Positions 49,834 to 62,864 of a stretch of DNA of 64,000 nucleotides are shown piece after piece (the first letter of the stretch is position 1; the number at the start of each line of letters is the position of its first letter). The stretch is taken from the NCBI GenBank assembly GCA_017654855.1, contig CM030334.1, positions 558,001 through 622,000 on the forward strand, given 5' to 3'. The notes beneath the pieces are model-generated. The model worked only from the letters and a program-made list of their open reading frames with translations, was not told the origin of the DNA and did not search any database. The position numbers and the translations under genes were made by a program. The stretch comes from Podospora anserina (lineage: Eukaryota).

Positions 49834-52149
49834 TTAGGCGAGCTCTGTCTTCAGCGCTTCTTGAACCTTGGGGGCCAGAGACTCCAGGACACCGTCCATC
49901 GTCTTTTGCATTGTGGCCGCGAGCTCCTGAACCTTGACATGGTTCTCATCTAGAGCCTGGGCTGCCTTGAGGCACTTTGCGGCCAACACGTACTTTTCTG
50001 CATCGTTATGTTAGCAAGCCGGAGCTTTCCGTTCATCACTGACACGAAAGACTTACTCCTGCGGATGTAGACCTCAAAGCCCGCGATCTGGCCCTCAATG
50101 TTCTTGGGGCTAAACTGGAGAAGTGGCTCCAAGAACTTCATCGCATCTCCCAGGGGATCCTTCGTCTCGGCGAGCTTCACCCCGTTCGGGTCATCATCCT
50201 TCTTCTTGACTTCCTCCTCCTTATCCTTCTGTGCCTTGTTGGGGTTTTGCTTTGCGGCACGTTCTGCCGCTTCCTTCTCCGCCTTCTGTGCCTCTTTCTT
50301 GGCCTTCTTGGCCGCCTTCTTCTTCTCGGCAGCGTCTTCCCCGTTGGCGTTGTTGCCATTGGCGCCGTTCACGCCTTCTGGCTTGTCGTACATGGACAGG
50401 TAAAGCTTCACGGCATCCAGAGCAGCCCGGAAGTAGAATGGATGCTCCCTGAGCTTGTCTTCCCAGCGAATCATGTCCACGTATGCGCGGATTTGACCCT
50501 TGCGAAGAGAGAAACTGTGGAAATCGAACTGGTCCTCCTGCCAAATGTCGAAAATGTTGAATACGGTGTGGTAGCGCTTCAAAGCTAGAGCCACGTTTCC
50601 GCGACGCTGCCACGCCTCGCCATCCTCAGTCAAAAACCACATCGCTTGCATATCGATCAAGTCAGCCAAGGGGCCGCCGACAGTCTCGGCCCTCGTAAAA
50701 AGGCCGAGTGTGTTGAGGGCCTTCTCGTTCTCATTGTTCCTCAGCTGGTATTTGGCGGCCTTGGTGTTGATGTAGCGGTCCTTTGTATCAAGTAGGCGAG
50801 CTTGGTCCATGGCCTCGGCGGCCTTCGCGATATCGCCTTGGTGTTTGAAAATTCTCGCCTTTGTCATTTGAAAATCGACACTCTTTGGGTCCAACTGGAT
50901 GGCCTTCTCGACATACTCGAGCGCTTTGGTAAGGTCGCGGCTCATGTGATAGTTGTAGTGCTGGGCGAGGAAGAAAAGAGCAGCCCCTACTCCCTTGGAG
51001 CTGTCGCTGCTGGCTTCTGCGTTGGAACCCTCGGCTTCTTGGAGGTACTCTTCGGCCAGCGAAGGAAGAGTATCCTTTTTGAAGGAGTCAGAGTACAAGT
51101 GCTTAAGGTTGGCAAATGTTGATGGGACGCCCTTGTTGAACATCAGGCCCAGGTATGCTTTGGCTGCAGTTCGGAACTCGTCGCCTGTATCATGAGGTCA
51201 GAATAGCTGTTTCATGGGCCCAATGTACAAAAGCAAAGGACGAACCTGTCAAAAAGTCCAAGGGCAAACGACGAGCAGCATCAGAGCGGGGATACTTGGC
51301 AGAATATTCATCAAAGATGGCCTTTTGCGCAGCCTCATCCTCGGCAGTCAGGCCCAACACGTCCACCAAGCGCTTGTAGTAGTCGGTGTGGTCTGGGTTT
51401 CGATCAATCAACGCCCGATATGCCGTTTCCGCCTCCTCCTTCCGTCCCAGCTCGGCAAGATAACGGGCCCGTAGCTCCATAACGGCCAACCGATCCAAGC
51501 ACTTTTTGCACTCTTGCTCCAAGTGTTCCAGGGCCCGCTCTGTCTCTCCTTGCTCAGAAATGATGGAGTTTTTGTAAAGGAGCGCTTCCGAGTTCTCAAA
51601 GTCAGTCTTTGAAGGGGCCACCGACACGGACTTTTCGTAAGTGGTCAAGATCCTCTCAGCTTCCTGAAGATTGCCCTCGAGATGGTGAGCAATAGCCAAC
51701 GCGGTCCAGTTCTGACGCAGTTGCGGGCGCGCCTTGAGCATCGCGAACCTGCTTTGAACGTAACCTTCGTAGTCGCGGGTTTGCACCTGGAGGATGGCCA
51801 AGTCGCGCTGAATCTGTTGCGACTCAGGCTCGAGCTTGAGGGCAAACTTGTAGGCCTTGATAGCCTCCTCAAAGTTCTTGTTGGTACGGTACAGGATGCC
51901 GTACACATGCCAGCAGATGTGTGACTTGAAGTCAACCTTGAGAGCTTCCTTGGCCAGGTTGAAGGCCTCCTCTGTTTTACCCTGTGCGTTCATGATCAGG
52001 GCCTTCATCGACATGGTGTCGCCATGCTTGGGGTTCCTTTTCAAGATCTGCTCGGCCGCCTTGAGGCCCGCTCTGTATCGCTTCTCCTCATAGTCACGAA
52101 TGACCTGGCGGAAGAGGTTGGCCTCTTTGGTACTGAGTATTTGTGGCAT
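49834..52149 (-). CDS. NAT1: NatA N-terminal acetyltransferase auxiliary subunit, Nat1/Naa15 (exons 52149-51246, 51184-50057, 49997-49834)
   Basis: TPR repeats, SHICWHVYGILYR, DRYINTKAAKY and EDQFDFHSFSLRKG. Confidence 0.96.
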
Positions 52150-52839
52150 CGGGACAGATTGCGGGGGTTGGCTACGGTGGTAAGCCGGTGGGGGAGCGGT
52201 TCGAGAAGAGAGAACAGCGGAGGACAAGACGGCTGCCGGTTGGTGCTTGCTATGTGCGACAATGGGCGGAGAGAGGGGATGGAGCGAGAGTGCACCGGCG
52301 GAGTGATGCCAACTGCGAATGCCAAAGGTCAGATGTCAAGCTAACGCAACCAGTGATGGAAATGCTTTTGGTGGGGCCAAACCGACAGAGAGGGTGCCTC
52401 TTCGATTGGAGGTTGCTTGTAGAGCCGGCCTGTTTTCTGCGGTGCTGTTTGTCGTTGGGAACGTCAAAAATCGTGCGGTCCGCGGGATGCTGGAGATGGT
52501 GTTGCACTTCGCACAATGCGGCGGTCGATCAATGTGGGCTGCTTGGCTAGTTGAGCAATCAGTGGGAAGGCGCGGTCCCTCTTGACCCCACCATTGCCCG
52601 CCTAAAATGCCCCCGGACTCGGGGCTCTCGGCAGCCACCCGGGAGCTTTAAAGCTTCATCTGAGCTCTCCCGTGCCTGGCAACCCGGCGGGGAGCTCTCT
52701 CAGCCGCCGGGATCTTCACGGCGAAGTAGTAACTAAGAGTTGTACTTTGGTTCACATGTTCTACATACTCATACAGCCACAACATCCGTCGTGGTACGCC
52801 TTATTCTTACATCACTTCACTCGACCCTGCCGCTTCGGG

Positions 52840-53464
52840 CTATGACGCCGTATGGAGCTTTCGCCAGCGAGCCAGAGCATCTTCCCAGCTGTTTTCGATA
52901 TCACCGCATCTTTCCCGAACAATTCCCCAGCTTCTTGCCCGGACGATGTTTTCAACGCCCATTTCCTGCCGAAGTATTGTCGCCAGCTGCTCGGTTCGCG
53001 CCTCTCGTGGGAAGAAACGTGACGAATATGGATCCAACCTCTCGTCCACAACACGCTCCCTGTTTTTCTCTTTTTCTGTCTCCCTGAGAGTGGCTTCAGG
53101 GTCATCGGGATCAGGGCTCGTGGCCACCAAGGTGCAATAGCTCAACACATCGGAGCGGGACTGCCACGACGGAAATAGAACCTGGTTTTTGAAGGCTTCG
53201 CAGGAGCTTGCATCAATCTGCCGTGTGGCTGGCCGCGCCAGGCGAGAGGTGGAAGTTGGATCAAACCCCGCTCTAGATGGTGTTGCTAAGGCATTGAGGT
53301 TTTGTGTGATTGTGTCATCAATGGTGCCCCTCGACAGCCGAAGAAAATCTGAGGCTCGGTGTTAGCCAAGGTTTGGTCTTAGTTTGAAGAGGCCTACCTC
53401 GAAGGACAGTTGTCGAGAAACAAAACTGCGGCGTGAGCGGTGGCAACGAGGATGGTTGGGTCAT
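52840..53464 (-). CDS. MIX23: Mitochondrial intermembrane-space protein Mix23 (caffeine-induced death protein 2 family; intron 53397-53349)
   Basis: LTPQFCFSTTVLR-DFLRLSRGTIDDTITQNLN, C...LFPSWQSRSDVLSYC, DERLDPYSSR, EMGVENIVRARSWGIVRERC. Confidence 0.88.
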
Positions 53465-56400
53465 TGGAACAGATGTGTGAGGTCTTGGAGCTGGGGACGC
53501 CGAAGGAGAAACAGTCTCCTGCGATGGAGCTGCCGGCTTCGTCCATAAAACACCCGCCACCTTGTCTGGCACGCGATTGCTTGTTGATGATGGATCCAGG
53601 GCGTCGGCTCCAGGACGATTTGCGCCCAAACTAGTATCTACGTTTATAATGCTGATCAACAGAAGCTCTGCCGTGTCTGTTTGATAGATGCTGGAGGCTG
53701 ACGTGCACGTTGTGCTTGTCTTCCAGGTTGGATTCGGTAGTGGCGTCACCCCGCGTTTGGCTTTGGACGACTCATAAATGCCCCGTGGATCGCTCTGGCC
53801 CATTAGGACTCGGGAATTGCCAATCACATCGCTCAAAACCTGGTAATTCATAATACCGCGCTGGAAAGTGCCGAACACCAAATCAACGACACTCCAACTT
53901 TACAGACCCGATGTTGTAACAGAGACTTCTGCCAGCGACTTCGCACCATCCACCTCATGTGTAGCCACTGTTCGCAGCGGTATGTTGAGACAACCTACAG
54001 AGAAATGCCTGATGCCTGAATACTGAGCCGGGGGCTTGTCTTGGACACACTCTCTCGCCGAAAGGTCCTGAACGCAGAGCAGCATCCAGTCTAAATCTCA
54101 CGGCAAAAGACATAGGGGCGAGGAATGAACAAACTAGATATTTCTAACTAGGTGCACGTGCTGCAAACATCGACACTCGAGAACAGACATCACATCCTCA
54201 CGTAGGCTAGGGTGGCCTGGTGGTAATAACGTGGCAGACACATGCATCTGGGAGCCGTTTCAGGCCTCAAATGATGGTAATCTCTCGACAATTTCAGCAT
54301 GTCTGGCTGAGCGGCCATCCGTTCAGCTGAAACAAATTTTCTCCACGCCTAGGCTATGATGGAGTAGACGAGACCATCCTGGATATGGATAATGTCACAC
54401 GCAACGAATGAGGTAGAGACAAGATTGACTGCACGGAATTTGGTTTGACAGCTCGCCTCCTTAACGAGTGGTGGGATCAGGCAGAGGCACCACACCGAGG
54501 CCCATATGCCAGTCTTTAGCGCAGCACATCACAAGACTTGACATTTCCCGCAACAGAAAACCTCCCACTGGTCCTCGACCAGCAGCTATGCCAATCATCC
54601 AGACGGCATGTCGGCTGCCCTCAGCCAGCCAAGCACAACAAGCGCATTGGTGACCAACTTCCTCCTTCCGAACTACTTCCTCATCGTCGGCCCGTCTGTC
54701 GAGGGAGAGCAACATGGCTACGTGCTCGATGGAATGGTCAGATATGGCCAGGTGTCCGACTCCGAGGAACTCGATGCCGGTTCCACCGCGGGTCGAGTCT
54801 GGTCAAGATAACAAAGGAAAGAGCGAAATCACTTCGTGGCGTTGAACATTGGTCTTAGCCCTATGTCCGTCGGAACAACAGGGCGGCTCAGCCGAAACAA
54901 ACGCTGCTCCGGACGTGCAATCCTCACTTGAGAGCAAGCCCATCTGCATCTGCAACGCTGACGTGTCGTCAAAACGTGTACGCTTCTAGAAGAAGGCTAT
55001 TGCAGGGCAGGACAAGTCGACGACATTTTGGACGGCTCCCTTCATAGCCATATACAGCGAGGCTCGACAATCACGGAGTGAGGGTCAAGTATTCGATGAT
55101 GGTGTTGATGATGATGATGGCCCTCCCGTCTAGCTCCAGGTCACTTTCTGTCTGCTACTGGTAGGTAGAGGTACCTGTCTGTGTCCGGACGGGGAGGAGA
55201 TACGGTACTCGAGAGGCTTGGCGCCCCTCCGGCGGTACTGGCCTAACCGGGCCGCAAAGCCGGACCGATTTGAATCTGGCACTCCACAGCGGCACCTTGC
55301 GCGATCTGAAAATATGGCATAGAGACAACCATGGGCTGACGCATATCCTCCGAGTCGCTTCTGGTATCAAGCTCCGCACAGATGCGCTAGGTCCCAACCA
55401 ACGTTGCATTCTCGACCCAAGCAGAAAGCCAGCGTCGTCCACGGTTCTCTCACGATCCCGGCTTTCAAATTTCATGGATTGCATATGCACGAGAGAGAAA
55501 CGAGCCATCGAAACGCGTCTTGGCGCCGTGCAGACAAGACAGGCCAGAGGCGATCGGCGCGGCAGGCAGAGGCGAGCAGCCTAATATGCCACGTTGAAAT
55601 CAGCCAAAAGTCCATCAATTTGGCCGATACACGCCGGTCCCTGCCCAGATAGCAGAAACGTACTATCGTGCCAAAGAAACGGGATGCTCGCCCGGGACGG
55701 AGGCTGGGGGAAAGAGGTAGAAGCCACCAAGAAACCATCTACAGCACCACACACCCACAACTACCCCAGAGATATCGAGGGTAAATGGCAGTCCCGGAAG
55801 TGGCCCCCTTAGCAGCATACACGAAGGCGGGCCAGCAGCGGGTAATGTTCTTCGCGCCTGGTGGTGCCGCCATAGGCGATACTCTTTGTTCTCGCGCAAA
55901 CGCTCACGCGGTAGCTACTCTGGGGGCTGTAGTCGTGCCCGCTGGGGATTCGATCATTCACCCTCCACCCTCGGCAAGGCAGGCTCATGCAAGCTGGAGG
56001 CGAAGCCTGCTGGTCCGCAGCGGCCAGGGCCACAACCTCATGGCCGTGGTGACGGTCGAGGAAAGCACACCCGGTAACATGTGAAGTGGGGGTTCTCGTG
56101 CTGCTACTGACCTCACTGACCTATCTTTTTGCCTCGTAGGCTCTCTCGAAGCCGTCAAATCAGATGAAGACATCACTATGGTCTGCCAGCCCGGGCACTC
56201 GCCCCTAGCTAGGAACCGGAACACCTCCAGAAGATCCCAGTTCAGTACAGCTTAAGGTCCAACAGTTTTCTCAAGCTATCTGATGTAGCAGCAGCCCTCG
56301 CCATAGTCTGTTCTTCCGGGACCAGGCGGAGCTGCACAGTTGGCATGTTTCATATGGGATAAGAGGGGAGAAAACACGGAGACATCTGCATGCCTCTCCG

Positions 56401-58925
56401 GCGCGGCTGGGGAAGGAGGCAGCTGGCGATCTTCTCCTGCTCTCTGGTGGTTGAATTTGCGAGAGCACCTGCAGGTCGACAATTTGAGCCCCGGCATTTG
56501 ATACTCTCTTCCTCGGCCATCATCGTGGTGGTTGTGCTCATGCGTGGCGATATGGGTGCACCGGCTTGCGTCTTTGGACCATGTCCTGTGATATTTCATG
56601 ACAGTCTCGAGCAACAGGGCAATACTGGAATATGCCCTGACGAGAGCCTCGGGTGCATCATTAGGATGCCTCATTTCTACACAAGTTATCAGCTAATGCA
56701 TCGAGATGGGAAGGATGGAGGCATCTTGTGAACGGGGCCTCTATTCTATTAACCGACCCGTTGAAAGGCCGTGGGACAGTAAAGACAGAACCCCGTGTTG
56801 GATCCCAGGCCATTTTTGAGGCCTGTGCCGTATAGAATAGTTGTCGAAGTTGGGGTCTTCATTCCGGGTCCGAGGTTGTTGAACAGGCAAGGCCGGTCGT
56901 TGATTCGGAGATTTACGCATCTCGCGAGCCAACGAGATCAGAAACCGCAGGATTGTCCAGCACAAAAGATATCTCCGCATTTTGGTGCTCCGACTTCCAC
57001 ATTGGTGATCACACAAAATAACAGCATTTAGTCAACGGCCACAACAATGGCCGGCTGTGTGTTGATGGAAATGACGTTCTGAGAACTCGAGAGTATACAT
57101 AAACAGACTCGGCTTCTGCCGGTGGGCGAGTAATCGGTTGTCAAAACTGAGATCAGCGCCCCTTGTCTGGGGGGGAGGTTCGCTAATCGGCAGTCAACAC
57201 CGTTTTTGTCGGCTCCAATTGCATTGGCGAGGGTTCGAGAGGAAATCCGGAACTTGGGCACCATGAGCCGTCTGAAGTCATCAGAACCGGGTCCCTGTGT
57301 GGCACCGTTGACCATGGTCGAGCAATTCCTGGCTCAGGTGGTCAGGATGTTGGAGCCTTGGCTTGGCCTGCCTCAGCGAGTAGCTCATTTCACCTCCAAT
57401 CTCAATTTTCATCTCAGATTCTCACTCAGAGTCTTTTTCCTTTTCCATTTTCAGCCTTCGGTCTCGGTCGCGCGGTCGCCTTGCATCCACCTCACCTCTT
57501 CCGACCTCCCCGACACGGCCACTTATTGCACACCTTCTTCTTACGGAGGAGGCTTGAATTACACGAGGGCCTGTGCGTCCCCTGCCTCGGCTTTCAAGTC
57601 TTGTCTCGAATCTGACATCCCCAGCGACGACTCCAGCCGGGCGGGTATCGAGACTGAGGCACAAGCATGTCTCTCGTCTTGCAATGAGTCCCGTTCACAC
57701 GTGTAGAAAACGTGACGGTTGAGTTTGGACCAGAATAAACGTGTTATTTATGGCCAGTAGCATGCGGTAGAGATACTTGATACACGCCAGTCCACATGTA
57801 TTTTAAGCCGTGGTCCACTCTCGTTTTAACCAAACGTTCAAACGCCCAAACGGTCTCGCTTGTCATCCCCAGGATCCACACCGCTGATCCACTCGTTCAT
57901 GCTTCGACATCGAACTCGCTCGCTCGCTTCTGCCCGTGCCGGCTCCAGCGAGGGAAAGGGGGCAAGCGACCTTGATCTCTTTTCCCCAAGGCCACTGTCG
58001 TGGGCAGTGAGGACGACGATAGCAACCTGCTGTAGAGTGACCAGAGGGCACACTACTATATGCAGCGATGAGCAGGAGGGGGTATGGTGGGGGCTGTGGT
58101 GTATGGGCAGCTGTGGTTACTGGTCGCAATTCATGCCTCTGCCGCCCCCATTGGAGAAGAGGTCCACTTCATTTTCCAGCGTCACCGATCCTAGCCAGGG
58201 GGAAAGTCAAAACAGCCTGTTTGGCCTGGGTCACCGTTAAGTGAATTCTGCCCCACGGTCTATGCAGCCGGGGATCACAGGAGGGGGGCGGCTCAGGGGA
58301 AAAAGAGGGCAACAGAAGAGAGGGAGGCGAAAACGGTCGTGTTAAGCTTCTTTTTGGTCGCACAAGAGGCGCCGCCCTTGTGCTGGCCGGAATTCATCGA
58401 GGCCAGGGATCGCGCCGACGGCAGAAGCGAGCGATGGACGGGCGACGAGATCGTTAAGGCTTCTTCCCCCGGGCCCCAAGCGGCCCCCCCTCCCCTCTCC
58501 CCAGGCCCCGTTAAAAGGCCCGTACGCCGCACAGCCAAGAACAAGGGGGTTGGGCTGGGGACCTTGGGGAGGGTGCTGCGGGAAAATAGTGACCAGCAAG
58601 GAACCAGGTAATGCAGCGCGCAAAGCATGCGGGTTCGAGGTCGCTTCGTGGTCGCTTCTTGTCAGTTGCTCACAGCAGAACAGCAGCAGAAGCGCGCATT
58701 TGCAGCTTCCCACACTCCCCCTGCGCGCAGGCCAGAAAAGCACAGGCCCGCCAATCTACAGAGAGACGTATCGTTGAATTTCTCGAGAGCAGCCACACAC
58801 CCAACAACAGGCAGGTCCATCAGTCGACGCAGGAAACCCGGCCCAGGGTCGCGTTCATCCCCTGGTCGCTTTTTTTTAGGGTCAGGAATCGTGGCTCCAT
58901 AAAAAAATCTAATTAAATTCCCAGC

Positions 58926-61900
58926 ATGGCTCAATCCCCCGAGTCACCCCAGTTGCGACTGCAGTCGACTCTGGATTCGAATCCCGTAAAGCCGCGCGTG
59001 CTGCCAAATATCAACACGCTCGACGAGCACCTCCAGTCCCTACCGACCCAACCATCATCCCAACAGCTGCCCCAGCTGTCACAATCCTCACGACCCTCAG
59101 AGCCCTCAGAGCCCTCACAGCCCTCACAGCCCTCACAACACCACCACCCGCGCTTTTGGACACCACCACCGCCGACACAATCACAGGCACAGACACAGAC
59201 ACAGGCACAGTCACCACCGCCGTCCCAGACGTCACAGCCTGCCAGTCTTCCAGAGAGCACCAGTGCCGCCACTAGCTCCAGCACCACCAACGGCGGAGGA
59301 CGCGGCGGTGAGAAGGACGCAGCCGATGAGAGCTCGGCCGTGAAACATAGTAACACCTACCATCACGCGCCGGGAGCCAGCCCTGCCGCTGCCGTTGCCG
59401 TCGGTGCAGCAGAGAATTCGATGCACCAAGTTCGGGGCAGTCAGTACGAGGCGCGATACAACGGCGACGCGCCAATGTTGACCGCGTCCATGATGTCCAA
59501 CTCGCAGCCACTCCCCGGGCCTCCCCGCCAACCCGTCAGCTATGCCGGCTCGATGTCCTACCATCCCGACAGCCTACCGCCGACATCGCACTACCCGTAT
59601 CCGCCGCAGGCCGTTCCGCCTGCCGATCCTTACCGACCGACGCCAACGTCCCTTCCCAGCATGCGAACCCTCGATCACGGACACGGGCACGGGCACGGAC
59701 ACGGACACGGGCAGCCACAGCCGCCACCACAGCACCAGCACCAGCAGCACGGTATGGCGCTGGGTGGCCACATGGTAGCCCCAGTGGCCCCGGGCCCGTC
59801 AGGCTTGGGATATCACTATGTCCACCCACATGTTTATGGTCTTCCCGACCCCTCTGCCGCCGGCATGCGCTTCGCGATCGCGCCTGGCCTGGCGGCAGAC
59901 CCGCGCATAGCCATGAGCGGAGGCAGACACAAAAAGGTACCGGAGAACCGGAACAGGCCCCTGATACCCCGGGATGAGTCGGCCTGCTGACTATGAGCTT
60001 TTCGTTATGGCTGACAGGAGATCAAGCGACGAACGAAAACCGGCTGTTTGACATGTCGCAAGCGCAGAATCAAGGTGCGTAGACTCCCTTTTAACAGTTG
60101 ACATTTTTCCTTTTTACGCCCTTTGGATTGCGGTAGTTGGGGGGGGCGTCTTTGGGGGAGGGGAGGGGCGCTGGTGTTGTCGTGGTTGGCTGGCGTTGGA
60201 CAGAGAACGTTGTTGGGTAGACATTTGGAGTTGCGTTTAGCGCAGAAACCTATGTCTGCGGCTTTGTGGTTGGCAACAAGCGCTGTCCGATTTCTCGGGT
60301 CAACTTGATGCTTTCGCTTGTGATCGCTTGGAGCAGCTCACCCGCCGCCTGACGTCGGGGCTATTCCAAAGCGAGCAAACCAGCGAGCCAGCCATCCTTC
60401 CACACGTCACTTACCGTTACCGAAGGCGCTTGGACAAGACCCCGAATTTTCGGCTCCAACTGCTTTTCTCCCTGGCGAACCCCCCCTCAATCAATCACAC
60501 ACACATTCTGTATATATCCGCACTGTTTCCAACCCCCAAACCCAAACCTGCTCGGCTTCTAACGTGACATTTCTCTGATGTAGTGCGACGAGGGACATCC
60601 GACGTGCAACAATTGCAAAAAGTCGAAGCGCGAGTGCCTGGGCTACGATCCTATCTTCAAGCAGCAACCGGGCCCAAGCGCCATCCAGCCTGCCCCGAAC
60701 AACCAGCAGCAACCCTCGACACCGTCCACGCTCGCGTCCCCCGCCCCGACTGTCCTGTCGTCCTCCACCACGCACGCCTACCCTCCCCCGACCGCGACGA
60801 CAGCCACATACCCGCCCCCGCCCGCTCCAAGTGTTGCATTTGACTCCCCTGCATCCGCAACCCCGCAGAGCATCAAGGCCGACCAGGCATACGACTACTC
60901 GACGGCTATCGACCCCGCTCTCCAAGCTGCGGAAGCCTCGAGCACGCCTGCATCTCACTATCAGCAGCATATCAAGACTGAGGGGGGCACATCCCACACC
61001 GTTGGTGACAAGAACAATTTGAGAGGTGGCACCCCATCCTCCCCTTCCACCCTGCCTGCGCTTGCGCAGACTCACTCGCGGGAGATCATGTCGGCTCATA
61101 CAAGTTTCCCAGCAAAGAAGATGAAGGTCGATGAGCTGATAGCACTTGGGGGCGCCTTCCCCCCAGCCCACAGCTCGCCCCCGTCCCCCGAAACTATCGA
61201 CGAGATGACCAGGCTGTACTACGAGGTCTACGTTCCAGGTCTGACACTCTTTTTCGAGACGCAATGGTATGATATCGCAAAGGACCGGATCGCGACGGTT
61301 CTCTCTGCCGCCACGCTCCCCAACGGCCAACCGCTCGTTTCTCTTTTCGCTTCCTTTGTCGACTCCATCTCCAAAATCCACGGCACCGACCCGAGCAATA
61401 TGGTAGCCTCGGGCCATCTTGAAACGTGTGTGATTTGGGCACTCGCTCGGCTGCCGCTGCTGCCCTCTTTGAATACTGCCCACCCACCTTCAGCATCAAA
61501 CGCTCCTGGGCGGGATTCGAACGAGGCATGCGGTCGTCTACGTGTCTTCGAGACGCTCATCTCCGGAGAAACGCTAGAGAGCAATCCTTTGACACCACCG
61601 GCAGCCAGCATGAGCCCATCACAAAGGAGCGAGCTGGAGTTTTGGTTTCATCTGGCGCAGTACCTTTTGCACACGCATGCCCCATCTTCTGGATCTAGTA
61701 CTCGTGAACATCTTCTTGGTCTCATGAGGTCTCTGCTGGATGGTCGAGAAAATCGTGATGTGATTTACAGCATTGTGGTGCTCCGCGAGTTTACCCAGCG
61801 TTGGGACGCTGGCCCGAACGAGCAAAATGTGGGAGCGCATTTGGAAGAGTCGGATCCGCGCAGCAAGCTCGCAGTTGCCACGCGGTTCATTCGAGACGAA

Positions 61901-62011
61901 GCTGCCTCAACGGGCGGGACGACAAATGTTGTGCGGCGTCTTTCCGATCTGGCCTACCGAGCATTTGTTCGACCTGGTGTCAACGTCAACAGAACCGGCA
62001 GGGGTGGTTAG
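58926..62011 (+). CDS. Zn(II)2Cys6 binuclear cluster transcription factor, Moc3/Ume6-like finger (exons 58926-59936, 60018-60074, 60584-62011; possible extra intron 61026-61112)
   Basis: Splicing reconstitutes [48 protein letters not shown], in frame with ORF 61019..62011. The start codon could also be 59421. Confidence 0.9.
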
Positions 62012-62864
62012 CATTCATGGGTGGAAGGTATCAGCCGCCTCTTTTTCTACCAGCCTCGCACGCTTATAATTCGCCGTCTGTATCAAGGGTCCAGCTGGTG
62101 CCGGTCCGTCTATCACGCGCTTCGGTATTTTTTCTGATCGCAAATCACCATTCCCACGGCAGTTTGATGACGGCCTGGGTTTTTCCTTGTACAATACGTT
62201 TTGTGGGATTTCTTAGGGAAGCGGAAGAGGGGATATCTCGTCGGGTTGCTGTCTGCTGTCGACGAAATCGTTCTCTGAACAGAAATGAAGAAGAAGAAAA
62301 AAGGGGGTGTCGGAGGCTAGCATAGTCCTGCATTTGGGCGTGGGGTGCACAAGGAGTTTCATGGGGCTGCAAAAACTTGATATAAAAGAAAGCTGCATCT
62401 GGTGGCAGGCGATGGAATCTGCATTTTCTTTCTTTCTCTGCTTGCATACAACCTGGCGTTCTTCTCAGTGGGAGCCAAGGTGAAGCGGTCTCTTACATTT
62501 TAGATTTTCAAACATTGTAGAATCTTTCAACTACATACTGGCCAAATACATTGAGCTTCGCGGCGGAAGGGTGCAGGAACTTCGATCCCCGTCCCCGTGT
62601 CTTCGTTTGTTCAGATGTGGTGGACTTTTTGCCTCAGCCTGATGAGGCCTTTTTATATCATGTGTGTGAACTTGACAGTTGGGTCTATAGAGGACGAGAC
62701 GGCAACCACGCCAGCTTGAGGTTTATTTCCGTAATTTCGTGAGAGAAATCTACTCCAGCACAAAAGATGGCAACATGCTTCCACAACTACTACCGACTCA
62801 ACGATGCGCTCCGGTTGGCCATGACAATATGCAAGAAGACACTCATTCTCAACTATCCTCATTT

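Noticed and set aside
59988..59993. TGACTA readthrough-like context
   Set aside because: It lies inside intron 1 of the transcription factor and overlaps the branch-point-like sequence, so it is not a real stop.
60491..61483. 330-aa minus-strand ORF
   Set aside because: Antisense to the transcription-factor exon.
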